DNA from: an uncultured bacterium
Lineage (GTDB): Bacteria > Oederibacteriota > JAAXVQ01 > JAUVAV01
Direction of reading: 5' to 3'
Length of the DNA: 64,000 nucleotides
NCBI GenBank assembly: GCA_963710755.1
Contig: CAVQBK010000003.1
Span: 800,001-864,000 of the forward strand
Below the pieces are notes generated by a model that searched no databases, was not told the DNA's origin, and was given only the letters and a program-made list of their open reading frames with translations. The translations under genes and the position numbers were made by a program. This document shows positions 1-10,038 of the stretch, piece after piece. Numbering within the stretch: position 1 is the first letter of the stretch; the number at the start of each line of letters is the position of its first letter.

Positions 1-420
1 GGCCAGCGCAATGCAGAACAATTGGCTGTATTCTGTCGGCGAATGTTTAGCCAAAGCGGTTAGGGCTTCAAGACTGGGCCGTTGCACCAGGGCCGCACCC
101 AAAGCCGCATCCAGTCTTTCCCGCAATTGCCGTTTTTTTAAGTTGACCTGAGCAAATTCACGTTCTGTTTGGTTGAGCAGCATGGACAGGGTTAACTGCT
201 TGTCGTTGAGGACAAAACAAGTATGCTGCAACTGTTCTTTTTTCAAATATTGCCGAATCAATTTCTCGGCGTTCTGGCCCATGAGTCGCCGGCGCTGACT
301 GAATCGAAAAATAAATCGATACCAGGGCTGCTGCTGCTGGGTCACCACCGCCACCGCTAGGAGACTTAAGAACCCCAGGGCACAAAGGGTTACCAATATC
401 ATCACTGCTGTTTGGGACAT
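1..420 (-). CDS. Partial (3' end off-window) hypothetical protein with an N-terminal transmembrane anchor
   Basis: Not in the ORF track. Manual translation from the ATG at 420 on the - strand gives MSQTAVMILVTLCALGFLSLLAVAVVTQQQQPWYRF..., open to position 1. An AGAGGT SD lies upstream. Confidence 0.7.
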   Translation of the reverse strand, partial: MSQTAVMILVTLCALGFLSLLAVAVVTQQQQPWYRFIFRFSQRRRLMGQNAEKLIRQYLKKEQLQHTCFVLNDKQLTLSMLLNQTEREFAQVNLKKRQLRERLDAALGAALVQRPSLEALTALAKHSPTEYSQLFCIALA

Positions 421-898
421 CGCCGCTACCTCTATTATTTTTTTTCCGCTGCAGCATGACCTCAACCTCCGGTCTGCTTGAAGGGGCCTGGGAAAACCAC
501 ATCCCCGGATAGACACACCGGGGCCAGTGGTTGCACCCTAAAGTATCGGTGTAAGCAGCTCGGTCTTAAATGGAGGTCCGGCCTTCTTCTCAAGACAAGC
601 CGAGGCCTAATCCGGAGGAAAGGTTAAAGCGGCAATAAAAATAATGATCTTCTTCCTTCCCTATCCCCATACCTCGCAATTGATTTTGGGGTAGTTTATT
701 TTTGGTCGGATCTTTATTTAGCCAAGACTTGACCGAACGGCCAAATGCATGAATAATGGTGGCCCGCACTGAAAAAATGTAAGTTAGGTTAAGCCCTTTA
801 TGGAGGCAGGCTGCATGCCGATGCTTTAGTGAACCCACCAGCACTGGGGTTGGCCGGCGAGGCGTGAGCCAGCCCGGAGAAAGCCAAAAGGATGAACC

Positions 899-1411
899 AT
901 GGTCACTCAAAACCGTGATGGGCAAAATAAATTTATTGAAATGCGCTTTAGCCCTTTGTTTGAGTTTGTTCCATTTGTCCGGAGTTATCTGCTCAATGTG
1001 TTGGCCCTTTATCTGCAGGATCATTTGCAGTTGGAAAAAGTGGTGTTGGCCGCTTCGGAATTATTGGAAAATGCGGTGAAGTATTCCTTGAACAGCGAGG
1101 TCAAGCTGACCATCTGTCATTTGAATGATGAGGAGCCTGTAGAGCTGTTGGTTTATAATCATGCCGATCCTGTTCACGCCAAACGGCTTTTTGCCTGTCT
1201 GGAGGAAATGGAGACCGGCGATCCTCTAGATTACTATATTGCCAAAATGCGCAGTTCGGTGCATCAAAGGCAAGGGGAGGCCAATATCGGGCTGGCTCGG
1301 GTGGCCTATGAATCATCTGCCCAGCTAAGTGCCCGATTTTTGGAAGCTGATTGGCTGCTCGTTAATGCCCGGTTTACAGCGCCTTCTGATAAAGGGGAAA
1401 CACATGTTTGA
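899..1411 (+). CDS. HATPase-like anti-sigma/Ser-kinase-type protein (Slr1658/SiaB-like)
   Basis: N-box SELLENAVKY, G2-like NIGLARVAYE, 170 aa; overlaps the downstream STAS-like gene. Confidence 0.65.
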   Translation: MVTQNRDGQNKFIEMRFSPLFEFVPFVRSYLLNVLALYLQDHLQLEKVVLAASELLENAVKYSLNSEVKLTICHLNDEEPVELLVYNHADPVHAKRLFACLEEMETGDPLDYYIAKMRSSVHQRQGEANIGLARVAYESSAQLSARFLEADWLLVNARFTAPSDKGETHV

Positions 1412-1775
1412 CATGGAACCTACGACTTATGAAAAATTAACCTTGAGTGTACAAGCAGGACGGGTCAAATTGGCAGGCAGCATTGAAATGCCCAATCCCA
1501 ATGAGGTGATGCAGCCTTTTTTTAGTAAAATTCACGACCTTATGGTGAGTCATCAGTATAAAGCTCTGGAGGTGGATTTAAGCGAGTTGACCTTCCTCAA
1601 TTCCTGCGGCGTTAAGGAAATTGTGGCTTGGATTTTAAAGCAGGATGAATTGGATATGGAACAAAAATATCAGATTACGTTCCTCTGCAATCCCAACTAC
1701 AGCTGGCAGGAATTGACGATAACCTCCGTGGTTTGGCTTAACCCCAGCCAGATCAAAATGAAAATGATCCGTTAA
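1404..1775 (+). CDS. STAS/anti-anti-sigma-like protein (Slr1659/SiaC-like)
   Basis: Motif VDLSELTFLNSCGVKEI...YSWQ. ATG at 1404 follows an AAGGGG SD and overlaps the upstream stop. Confidence 0.65.
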   Translation: MFDMEPTTYEKLTLSVQAGRVKLAGSIEMPNPNEVMQPFFSKIHDLMVSHQYKALEVDLSELTFLNSCGVKEIVAWILKQDELDMEQKYQITFLCNPNYSWQELTITSVVWLNPSQIKMKMIR

Positions 1776-1793
1776 CAGCCGCCACCTTAATCA

Positions 1794-2495
1794 TCACTCC
1801 GGCGGCCTGCTCTCATCTTCAGCATGAGGGCCGGCCAAGGGCACAAAGACCACACTGGAAAGGCTATCATAGCTCAACGAGTGGTCCGGCTTTTTAACCG
1901 CCAAAGTTAAGGTTTGGGTTTGACCAGCGGGGCCCAGCGGGGCTACCAATTTTCCGCCTACCTTTAGCTGCCGAATCAGAAGCTCGGGAATAGTCCTGAC
2001 CGAGCAGGACAGCAAGATGCCGTCAAAGGGACCCGCTTCCAGCCAGCCTTCATAGCCATCTCCCACCCGCAATTTAATAGTGTCCATGAGGTTCAGCCTG
2101 GTTAAGGGGGCCACAGCCTTGCGTACCAACGGTTCCTGGATGTCCATGGAAAAAACTTGTGCACCCATGTGGGCCAGCAAAGCGGCTTGATAGCCGGAGC
2201 CGGTTCCGATCTCAAGCACACGCTGGCCCTTCTCAGGACGCAACAAAGAAACCATCATGGCCATGACATAAGGCTGAGAAATGGTGGCTTGCTCGGCCAA
2301 CGGCAAGGCGGTGTCAGTATAGGCTTGATCTTGCAACTCGGAGGGGACAAATAAATGGCGCGGAATAGCGCGCATGGCATGCAGTATTTTATAATACCCA
2401 ATGCCCCGGCCTTCAATCTGATCACGGACCATGGCCAGTCGTTCCGCTTCGCGTTCATGAGGATCAAATGGGGGTAGAGCATTAACATGGGTCAT
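1794..2495 (-). CDS. pcm: Protein-L-isoaspartate O-methyltransferase
   Basis: PRHLFVP, TISQPY, VLEIGTGSGYQAA and GDGYEGW motifs. Confidence 0.93.
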   Translation of the reverse strand: MTHVNALPPFDPHEREAERLAMVRDQIEGRGIGYYKILHAMRAIPRHLFVPSELQDQAYTDTALPLAEQATISQPYVMAMMVSLLRPEKGQRVLEIGTGSGYQAALLAHMGAQVFSMDIQEPLVRKAVAPLTRLNLMDTIKLRVGDGYEGWLEAGPFDGILLSCSVRTIPELLIRQLKVGGKLVAPLGPAGQTQTLTLAVKKPDHSLSYDSLSSVVFVPLAGPHAEDESRPPE

Positions 2496-2656
2496 GGATA
2501 TGTCCTATTGAGGGGATAGGTCATCCTGTCTGATTGCCCGCAATTTACCATCGCCGTCGTGATAAAGCAATCATTTTATGGACACTATTTTTAGCTTGCC
2601 TGCCAAGGCACTTATTGGCATCATAGGGGCTATTCCAGAAAAGCAGGTGATTGGAT

Positions 2657-3400
2657 ATGGCGACAACTTCCGACCAAGTGGGCTCTGCAGCTCGGGCGGT
2701 TATTCTGCTCTCCGGTGGACTTGACTCCACCACCACATTGGCTCTGGCAGCCAAAGAAGGCTTTCATTGTTATGCCTTGACCGTGGATTACGGACAACGG
2801 CATCGCTTTGAAATCGAACAGGCCCGCAACCACGCCGGCCGATACGGGGTGCAAGAACATAAAATCATCAAAGTCGAACTAAATCAATTTGGGGGATCGG
2901 CTTTAACCACGGATATGGCCGTGCCTGATGGCCGTGAGCAGCCTTCGGCCCGGGATATTCCCTTGACCTATGTACCGGCCCGCAATACAGTGCTCCTCTC
3001 CTTGGGGTTGGCCTGGGCGGAAGTACTCAACGCCAAGGCGTTGTTTATCGGCGCCAATGCCGTGGATTATTCCGGTTATCCCGATTGCCGTCCTGAATTT
3101 TTAGAAGCTTTTGAAAAAGTGGCCAAGCTGGGTACCAAGGCAGGCGTTACCGACCAATGGGCTTTAGAAATCCGGGCACCCTTGATCCGGATGTCCAAAG
3201 CGGAAATTATCAAATTGGGCGTGCGCCTGGGGGTGGATTTCCATGGCACCTCCTCCTGCTATAATCCCAAGGCGGACGGCAGTCCCTGTGGGCAATGTGA
3301 GTCCTGCCTCTTGCGGGCCAAAGGCTTTGAAGAAGCCGGCATGCGCGATGGTCTGATATCATCGCCGGCTCGGAGAGAGGGCCAAGGGCAACAACCCTAA
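2657..3400 (+). CDS. queC: 7-cyano-7-deazaguanine synthase
   Basis: [20 protein letters not shown] and C-terminal CY..CGQCESC zinc motif. Confidence 0.95.
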   Translation: MATTSDQVGSAARAVILLSGGLDSTTTLALAAKEGFHCYALTVDYGQRHRFEIEQARNHAGRYGVQEHKIIKVELNQFGGSALTTDMAVPDGREQPSARDIPLTYVPARNTVLLSLGLAWAEVLNAKALFIGANAVDYSGYPDCRPEFLEAFEKVAKLGTKAGVTDQWALEIRAPLIRMSKAEIIKLGVRLGVDFHGTSSCYNPKADGSPCGQCESCLLRAKGFEEAGMRDGLISSPARREGQGQQP

Positions 3401-3603
3401 TTTATTTGCACCCCTGATTGCAGCTATGATAAGATAACCGACAATTTATCCTGCAACGTCTTCATCCTCGGCTAAAGTCAAGGTTTTCGGTGTTGCAGGA
3501 TGTCGCCTGCCAAATTGGCAGGAGGCTCGAGATTGTTTTGGGGAACCTGGTTTGGCCCGGGGACTCCATTAATATCATCAGAACAAACCAGACAGGATAT
3601 TTC

Positions 3604-5007
3604 ATGACTCCAACACCACAACCAACCAGATTTGGCACTGACGGCATACGCGGCCTGGCCAATGTCGGGCCGCTGAATATTGGCGAAGTGCTGCGCTTGG
3701 GCGAAGCCACGGCCCACTTGCTGCTAAAACGGCTCCAACGCAGAAGTACAGTGGGACTGGGATGGGATACGCGAATTTCTTCGCCGGCCTTGGCGCATGC
3801 CTTGGCTGCCGGCCTGTCTGCGGGCGGCGCCAGAGTAATCAAATTTGGGGTCATCCCCACGCCGGCCGTGGCCCGCTTGACCGTGGCCTATAAATTGGAT
3901 GCGGGCATCGTGATTTCCGCTTCCCACAATCCGGTGGAGGACAATGGTATAAAATACTTCGACCGTCAGGGCGGAAAATTCCCTGATGCTGATGAACGCG
4001 CTTTGGAACGGCAATTACTCCAGCAGAAAAGCATTCCTCAAAAAACCGGACGAGCCATGGGCATGATCGAGGAATGGTACGGTAATGCGGCCACGCACTA
4101 CCGTCATCAGGTCGTGCGGCAATTTGAGCGGGCGGGCTTAAAGGGATTACGGCTGGTGGTGGACATGGCCCAGGGGGCTACGTGCAGAACCGCGCCAGCG
4201 GTTTTAGAGGCATTGGGGATAGAGGCCCTATGGTTGGGTGATAAACCCAACGGCTTGAATATCAACGACCGGGTAGGCTCTCTTTTTCCCAAGAAAACCG
4301 CGGCGGCGGTCAAACGATGGAAGGCTCACGCCGGCCTGGCATTTGACGGTGATGGTGACCGGGTGATTATGATTGATGAAAAAGGCAAAATCCTCAACGG
4401 TGACCGGCTTATAGGCATGCTGGCGGTTTATTACAAACAAAAAAAGAAACTACCCGGCCATACGGTGGTGACCACGGTGATGAGCAATTTGGGCCTGGAG
4501 CGCTACTTCCAGCAGCAGGGCATCAGCATGCTGCGGGCGCCGGTGGGCGATCGCTATGTCTGGGCCATGATGCAAAAAAAGCGGGCCGTGCTGGGCGGTG
4601 AACAATCGGGCCATATGCTGTTGCCCCGCTTAACCCCTACGGGTGACGGGTTGGTGACAGCCTTGGAAGTGCTGGCCACCATGCGTGCCCAGGGCAAACC
4701 TTTGTCCGACCTATGCTCCGGCTGGAACAATTATCCGCAATTGTTGGTCAATGTGCCGGTGGCACATCGTCCGGAGCTGTCGCAGCTGACGGCAGTGAAA
4801 GCAGCCTTGCAGGAAGGCAGCAAGTCCTTGGGTGAGCGGGGGCGTTTTAACCTGCGCTATTCCGGCACGGAACCTCTGGCCAGGGTCATGGTGGAAGCGC
4901 CTTCACGGGCACAAGTGGTTTTTTGGGCGGATCGTCTGGCTTCGGCCATTGAAAAAGAAATCGGCATCGGCCAACAAAGGAGAGAGACATGGCTAACTTA
5001 TGCGTGA
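3604..5007 (+). CDS. glmM: Phosphoglucosamine mutase
   Basis: [20 protein letters not shown] and GGEQSGH motifs. Start moved to ATG 3604 (AGGA SD). Confidence 0.93.
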   Translation: MTPTPQPTRFGTDGIRGLANVGPLNIGEVLRLGEATAHLLLKRLQRRSTVGLGWDTRISSPALAHALAAGLSAGGARVIKFGVIPTPAVARLTVAYKLDAGIVISASHNPVEDNGIKYFDRQGGKFPDADERALERQLLQQKSIPQKTGRAMGMIEEWYGNAATHYRHQVVRQFERAGLKGLRLVVDMAQGATCRTAPAVLEALGIEALWLGDKPNGLNINDRVGSLFPKKTAAAVKRWKAHAGLAFDGDGDRVIMIDEKGKILNGDRLIGMLAVYYKQKKKLPGHTVVTTVMSNLGLERYFQQQGISMLRAPVGDRYVWAMMQKKRAVLGGEQSGHMLLPRLTPTGDGLVTALEVLATMRAQGKPLSDLCSGWNNYPQLLVNVPVAHRPELSQLTAVKAALQEGSKSLGERGRFNLRYSGTEPLARVMVEAPSRAQVVFWADRLASAIEKEIGIGQQRRETWLTYA

Positions 5008-5702
5008 ACATCGATCACATTGCCACCCTACGTCAAGCCCGGCTTGACCGGGAACCTGATCCTGTGGCTGCGGCCGTACTGGTGGAACAAGCCGGTGCCC
5101 ATGGCATTACGGTACACCTGCGCGAGGACCGGCGCCATATTCAGGACCGCGATGTGAGGTTATTAAAAGACATCATTAAAACCAAACTCAATTTGGAAAT
5201 GGCGGCCACTGACGAGATGATCTCCCTGGCCTGTGAGCTTTTTCCCGATGAGTGCACCTTGGTGCCGGAAAACCGGGAGGAGTTGACCACTGAAGGGGGC
5301 TTGAACGTGGTCTCCCAGCAGGAACGACTGACCAAGACCGTGAACATATTAAAAGATGCAGGCATTATAGTTTCGCTCTTTGTGGATCCCAATAAAGACC
5401 AAATTACAGCCGCCGCCAAGACCGGGGCCCAGTTTGTCGAACTGCATACCGGCCATTATGCCAGGGTCTGGGGCACTTCCCAGGCAGAAGATGTTTTAGA
5501 AGAACTGGAACAGGCCTCCCTGTGGGCGGCTGAGCAGGGATTGGCGGTGAATGCCGGTCACGGGCTGACTTATCGTAATGTGGAACCCATTGCTGATTTG
5601 ACCGGTATCGTGGATTTAAACATTGGCCACAATATCATTGCCCGCGCGGCCTTGGTGGGATTGGAACAGGCAGTCAGAGATATGTTAGGTCTGGTGGTGT
5701 AA
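4989..5702 (+). CDS. pdxJ: Pyridoxine 5'-phosphate synthase
   Basis: [24 protein letters not shown] and AGHGL motifs. Confidence 0.96.
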   Translation: MANLCVNIDHIATLRQARLDREPDPVAAAVLVEQAGAHGITVHLREDRRHIQDRDVRLLKDIIKTKLNLEMAATDEMISLACELFPDECTLVPENREELTTEGGLNVVSQQERLTKTVNILKDAGIIVSLFVDPNKDQITAAAKTGAQFVELHTGHYARVWGTSQAEDVLEELEQASLWAAEQGLAVNAGHGLTYRNVEPIADLTGIVDLNIGHNIIARAALVGLEQAVRDMLGLVV

Positions 5703-5713
5703 GGCAAGCCTCC

Positions 5714-5742
5714 ATAGGGAACGGTTGCGACCGTACCCTGCA
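5714..5742. repeat. REP-like palindromic hairpin (GTAG-family-like)
   Basis: ATAGGGAACGGTTGCGACCGTACCCTGCA; closely similar to the copy at 57163-57192. Confidence 0.7.
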
Positions 5743-5761
5743 AAAGGTCAAGAGGTGAACC

Positions 5762-7603
5762 ATGTGTGGGATTGTCGGTTATATTGGGGCTCAGGAAGCA
5801 GCGCCCCTGCTTTTAGAAGGGTTGCAAAAACTGGAATACCGGGGATATGATTCTGCCGGTCTGGCTGTTATGGCCGGGAAAAAATTAGTCACCCGACGTA
5901 GTGAAGGTAAATTGTACAAACTGGTACAGGTGGTTAATGATCAGCCTGTGCCCGGGACTGTGGGCATCGGCCATACACGCTGGGCCACGCACGGCCGTCC
6001 CAATGAGGATAATGCCCATCCCCATACCAACAACCAACGTACCTTGGCGGTGGTGCACAACGGGATTGTGGAAAATGACCGTGCCTTGCATCTGGATTTG
6101 GAAAAGAAAGGCTACCAATTTCAATCCGATACGGATACAGAAGTTTTTGCCCACCTGATTGATTATTATTATAAACCGCGCACCACCCTGGAATCCGCGG
6201 TGCGCCAAGCTATCGGTAAAATTAAAGGTACTTTTGCTCTGGCCGTCATCAGTGAACGGGAACCGGGAAAACTGGTGGCTGTCCGGCGAGGCAGCCCGCT
6301 GATTGTGGGCCTGAACAAAAAGCAGCAGGAATACTTTATTGCTTCCGATGTACCGGCTCTGCTTAACCATACGCGGGACGTGCTTTTTCTTCATGATGAA
6401 GAAATGGCGGTGTTGACCAAGCAAGGCGTTAAATTGAGCACATTTGCAGGTAAAAGTGTTCACCGCGCCCCAACCTATATTACCTGGAATGCCATTCAGG
6501 CGGAAAAAGGCGGCTACAAGCATTTCATGCTCAAAGAAATTTACGAACAGCCGCAGGTGGTGGAAGATACCCTGCGCGGACGGGTGCAAGGTTTGGGCGG
6601 GGATGTGGTCTTAGGGGAAGCCGATCTACCGGAAGCTTTTTTAAAAACCATCAGGAGAGTCTACCTGGTAGCCTGCGGCACCAGCTGGCATGCTGGTTTG
6701 GTGGGAAAATTTTTGATTGAAAAATTTGCCCATCTGCCTACGGAAGTGGATTTTGCCTCTGAGTTTCGCTACCGCGGGCCGTTGATCGACAAACAATCCC
6801 TGGTAGTGGTAATCAGCCAGTCGGGAGAAACGGCGGACACTTTGGCAGCTCTGAAAGAGGCCAAACGCCTGAAGGCCAGAACCCTGGCTATTTGCAATGT
6901 GGTGGGGTCCACCATGACCAGGGAAGCCCAGGGCACGCTCTATACCCATGCCGGACCGGAAATCGGCGTGGCGTCCACCAAGGCCTTCACCGGCCAATTA
7001 ACAGCGCTTCACTTGCTGGCTTTGTATTTGGGACGCAAGCAGCGTGTGCTCACCAAATCAGCGGCCGCTGTGCATATGGATCATTTGCGACAGGTCCCAC
7101 GGCTCATGAAAGAGATTCTGAACCAGGATCAGCATATCAAGGATATTGCCAGTGAACTTCATCACAAACGGGACTTTTTGTTTCTGGGCCGGGGCATCAA
7201 CTATCCTATTGCGCTGGAAGGGGCATTAAAGTTAAAGGAGATTTCCTACATTCATGCCGAGGGTTATCCGGCCGGGGAAATGAAACACGGGCCCATCGCC
7301 TTGATAGATCAGGACATGCCGGTTGTGGCCATTGCCAATGACTCATCAGTACAGGAGAAAATTCTGAGTAATATTCGAGAAGTAAAAAGCCGCAACGGCG
7401 CGGTGTTGGCCCTGGTAAGCAAAGGCCACCAGGACTGGCTGCAAGGTATGGACTGGGTGATTGAATGTCCGGCGGTCGCCGAAGAAATCAGTCCGCTGAT
7501 CACCATTGTGCCTTTGCAGCTGCTGGCGTATCACATTGCCTTTTTGCGGGGGTGCGACGTGGATCAACCGCGTAATCTGGCCAAGAGTGTGACCGTGGAA
7601 TGA
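5762..7603 (+). CDS. glmS: Glutamine-fructose-6-phosphate aminotransferase
   Basis: MCGIVG, GHTRWATHG, SQSGETADT and PRNLAKSVTVE motifs. Confidence 0.98.
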   Translation: MCGIVGYIGAQEAAPLLLEGLQKLEYRGYDSAGLAVMAGKKLVTRRSEGKLYKLVQVVNDQPVPGTVGIGHTRWATHGRPNEDNAHPHTNNQRTLAVVHNGIVENDRALHLDLEKKGYQFQSDTDTEVFAHLIDYYYKPRTTLESAVRQAIGKIKGTFALAVISEREPGKLVAVRRGSPLIVGLNKKQQEYFIASDVPALLNHTRDVLFLHDEEMAVLTKQGVKLSTFAGKSVHRAPTYITWNAIQAEKGGYKHFMLKEIYEQPQVVEDTLRGRVQGLGGDVVLGEADLPEAFLKTIRRVYLVACGTSWHAGLVGKFLIEKFAHLPTEVDFASEFRYRGPLIDKQSLVVVISQSGETADTLAALKEAKRLKARTLAICNVVGSTMTREAQGTLYTHAGPEIGVASTKAFTGQLTALHLLALYLGRKQRVLTKSAAAVHMDHLRQVPRLMKEILNQDQHIKDIASELHHKRDFLFLGRGINYPIALEGALKLKEISYIHAEGYPAGEMKHGPIALIDQDMPVVAIANDSSVQEKILSNIREVKSRNGAVLALVSKGHQDWLQGMDWVIECPAVAEEISPLITIVPLQLLAYHIAFLRGCDVDQPRNLAKSVTVE

Positions 7604-8007
7604 ACCATTCAGCTTTAGTCAACCTGAACGTGCAGACCCCACGGCGTGAGGCCATGCTGGATATTACCGACAAAGTTCAGCAGATTGTGGCTGAGAGCGG
7701 CGTGGTAGAAGGCGTGGCCGTCATTCAGGTTATGCACACCACGGCTGCCGTAACCATTAATGAAAACGCCGATCCTGACGTGGTCTTGGATATGCTTCGG
7801 CACTTGCAGGAGATGGTGCCCCATCATCATGGATTCAGGCACGGGGAAGGGAATTCGGATGCCCATATCAAAAGTTCCCTGGTGGGACCTTCGCTGAGCG
7901 TGCATGTCAGTCAAGGCCGGCTGATCTTGGGCACCTGGCAAGGTATCTATTTTTGTGAATTTGACGGGCCACGGCACCGGCAGGTTAAAGTACGGGTTCT
8001 GGGCTAA
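7600..8007 (+). CDS. yjbQ: YjbQ/UPF0047 family protein
   Basis: HTTA..INEN.DPDV, NSDAHIKS and LGTWQGIYFCEFDGPR motifs. Confidence 0.9.
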   Translation: MNHSALVNLNVQTPRREAMLDITDKVQQIVAESGVVEGVAVIQVMHTTAAVTINENADPDVVLDMLRHLQEMVPHHHGFRHGEGNSDAHIKSSLVGPSLSVHVSQGRLILGTWQGIYFCEFDGPRHRQVKVRVLG

Positions 8008-8021
8008 AGGAGTATATAATT

Positions 8022-9941
8022 ATGAAAAAGAAGTGGTGGTTGGCTTTGATTCTGCTGAGCTTGCCGGCTTTAACCTGGGGCCAAGGGTCGCCATTAACTC
8101 TGACTACCGGCCAAAAGGATTATCTGCGGTACCAATTGGTGGATTTTACCTTGAGTCTTGATCCCGGTAGTAGCCTGACGGCTGAGGCCATGCCGGAAAA
8201 TATTTATGTTACGGTGTGGAAAAATAAACATAAAATCACAACGGTGGGACCGCAGGATAAAATCCGTCTTAACTACCAGAATAATCAACGTTGGAGCGGC
8301 AAGTGGCCGATCCCATTTAACCCGCGTCTGGGCACCTATACAGCGCGCACCCAGGTGTGGGTTAATGGTAATACAGTCAACGCCAGGGCCACCTTTGCCA
8401 TTACGGGCCGAAAGCCTTTTAGTCTTAAACCCGGATTCTCGGTAGTGACCTATGAAGGCGGCAAGAAAGGCCCTTATCAAACCCCGGGCTTGACAGATCA
8501 GGAAAAGCCCTCCTGGAAAAACATGGTGCGTTGGGCGCAGAGCATGGGTGCCGATGCTTTTTGGCAATGTCTGGGCCAAACCCAGATTTGGGACAATTTA
8601 AAAGAAGAAGAATACCCCTGGTCCCAGGGTACGCTGAGGCTGATGCCGCGGGTAGCCCAGCAAGCCCATGACTTGGGATTGCAGTACGGCGGCTGGATTA
8701 CATCCTTTGTGGTCATCGGCAATGCCATTGAAAAAAGCGGCTATCAATTTACCCTGGGCTACGACCGCGATCAAAATGCCGTCAAACAATTGCGTTACAT
8801 CTCCCTGGGGTGTCAGAAACGGTTGGACCACATGGCGGCGCTCATGCAGCTCATGAATGAAAATCCCAATGTGGATTATATCGGCCTTGATTACATGCGT
8901 ACGGATTTTGGGGGCTATGAATTTGCCGATGAATTCGTTAATGATATGGGTATTACCAAACCGTCTCAGTGGTCCCAATGGTCGCCCAATGAAAAAGCGC
9001 TGTGGATGGCCCGCTTGATTGAAGTGACCCGCGACAAAACTGCTCGGGCTCAGTGGGAATGGTGGCGGGCTCATAAAGTCGGCATGACCATCGCCGCTCT
9101 GGTCAAGAAAGTCAAACCTGTCAAACCGATCTGGGTTTTCTCTCTGGGGTGGTATACCGGGCATCAGCACGGTCAGGATTTGATGATGATGCTCGATGCG
9201 GGCATTGCCTTTAATGCGCCCATGTTTTATTCCATTACCCGCCAGGACTATCCTTATATGCTGAGTGCGTGGAAACATTATTTAAATCGCAGCCCAGGCA
9301 GTGTGGTTATTGGCCAGTGTGTGGATTGGAATTTATTGGGCCGTACGACCAATCCTTCTGGTCCCATGGAACATCTGAAGCGTCAGGAAGAAGCCATTGC
9401 GGCTCTGGAAAAACCGGCCAGTTCCTTTGGCCTGTTTTGGCATGATCTCAACCGGGCTTTTTTCGGAGCCCGCGGCCCTTATGGCACTATGGAATGGGCC
9501 ATGGCCGGCGCCGCCTCCTTCAGCCAGCTTAAAATCAAAACCGGCCGTTATCCTTTTAAGGTGGCCATGGAAGCACCGGAGCAGATAATTCTTGGTCAAA
9601 AAAACACCGTGACCGTAACCATTACCAACCCCAATGGCAACACCCTGAACGCCCTTGCCGTGGGCCTGGTGCCTACAGCCCGGCTGGTGAGTCTTGATAG
9701 CGCCCCGGTTAAGATCCGGACGCTGGGACCGGGAGAGGCCCAAGTGGTGAAGCTGCCCTTTCAAGTTGATCAGATTTATGAGAAAAACGGCGCCCAGCAG
9801 ATGGTGGCCTTTAAGATCCAGCAGCCGGACCATCCCAATGATCCTTACGTGGCCATGCGGTATCTGCCGGTCACCACCACGGCTGCAGCGGCTGCTGGTT
9901 CAGCACAGGGGCTGACTATACAAGCCACGGCGCTGCCTTGA
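8022..9941 (+). CDS. Secreted hypothetical protein, probably a TIM-barrel glycoside-hydrolase-like domain flanked by Ig-like domains
   Basis: AAGGAG SD, signal peptide, YIGLDYMR motif resembling GHL10/DUF4015-type hydrolases, beta-rich CARDB-like C-terminus. Confidence 0.5.
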   Translation: MKKKWWLALILLSLPALTWGQGSPLTLTTGQKDYLRYQLVDFTLSLDPGSSLTAEAMPENIYVTVWKNKHKITTVGPQDKIRLNYQNNQRWSGKWPIPFNPRLGTYTARTQVWVNGNTVNARATFAITGRKPFSLKPGFSVVTYEGGKKGPYQTPGLTDQEKPSWKNMVRWAQSMGADAFWQCLGQTQIWDNLKEEEYPWSQGTLRLMPRVAQQAHDLGLQYGGWITSFVVIGNAIEKSGYQFTLGYDRDQNAVKQLRYISLGCQKRLDHMAALMQLMNENPNVDYIGLDYMRTDFGGYEFADEFVNDMGITKPSQWSQWSPNEKALWMARLIEVTRDKTARAQWEWWRAHKVGMTIAALVKKVKPVKPIWVFSLGWYTGHQHGQDLMMMLDAGIAFNAPMFYSITRQDYPYMLSAWKHYLNRSPGSVVIGQCVDWNLLGRTTNPSGPMEHLKRQEEAIAALEKPASSFGLFWHDLNRAFFGARGPYGTMEWAMAGAASFSQLKIKTGRYPFKVAMEAPEQIILGQKNTVTVTITNPNGNTLNALAVGLVPTARLVSLDSAPVKIRTLGPGEAQVVKLPFQVDQIYEKNGAQQMVAFKIQQPDHPNDPYVAMRYLPVTTTAAAAAGSAQGLTIQATALP

Positions 9942-9952
9942 TTTACACAGAC

Positions 9953-9970
9953 CCGGTGGGAAACTACCGG
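9953..9970 (+). terminator. GAAA-tetraloop hairpin after the 8022-9941 gene (possible terminator)
   Basis: CCGGTGG-GAAA-CTACCGG; no long U tract. Confidence 0.35.
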
Positions 9971-9999
9971 TTGACAAATCTCGGGCAATACCCTAAATT
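9971..9999 (+). promoter_or_regulatory. Sigma70-type promoter of lepA
   Basis: TTGACA-N17-TAAATT. Confidence 0.7.
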
Positions 10000-10038
10000 C
10001 TCTGCAACAATGTTGTCCTTAGAGGAAGAACACAGTTA

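Noticed and set aside
158-502. ORF-track 114-aa minus-strand ORF
   Set aside because: It overlaps a better minus-strand frame (ATG 420 with SD and TM helix) and has no protein-like features.
590-1024. 144-aa minus-strand ORF
   Set aside because: It is antisense to the 899-1411 gene, runs through a structured spacer, and has no recognisable motif.
2560-2656. Possible preQ1 riboswitch before queC
   Set aside because: No preQ1 stem-loop plus A-rich tail consensus is visible.
5703-5761. Possible glmS ribozyme
   Set aside because: The spacer is only about 60 nt and is occupied by a REP-like hairpin.
9945-10025. GAAA-capped hairpin resembling a c-di-GMP-I riboswitch
   Set aside because: It lacks the GGCAAA and GACGCAAA junction motifs; a hairpin followed by a sigma70 promoter explains it better.
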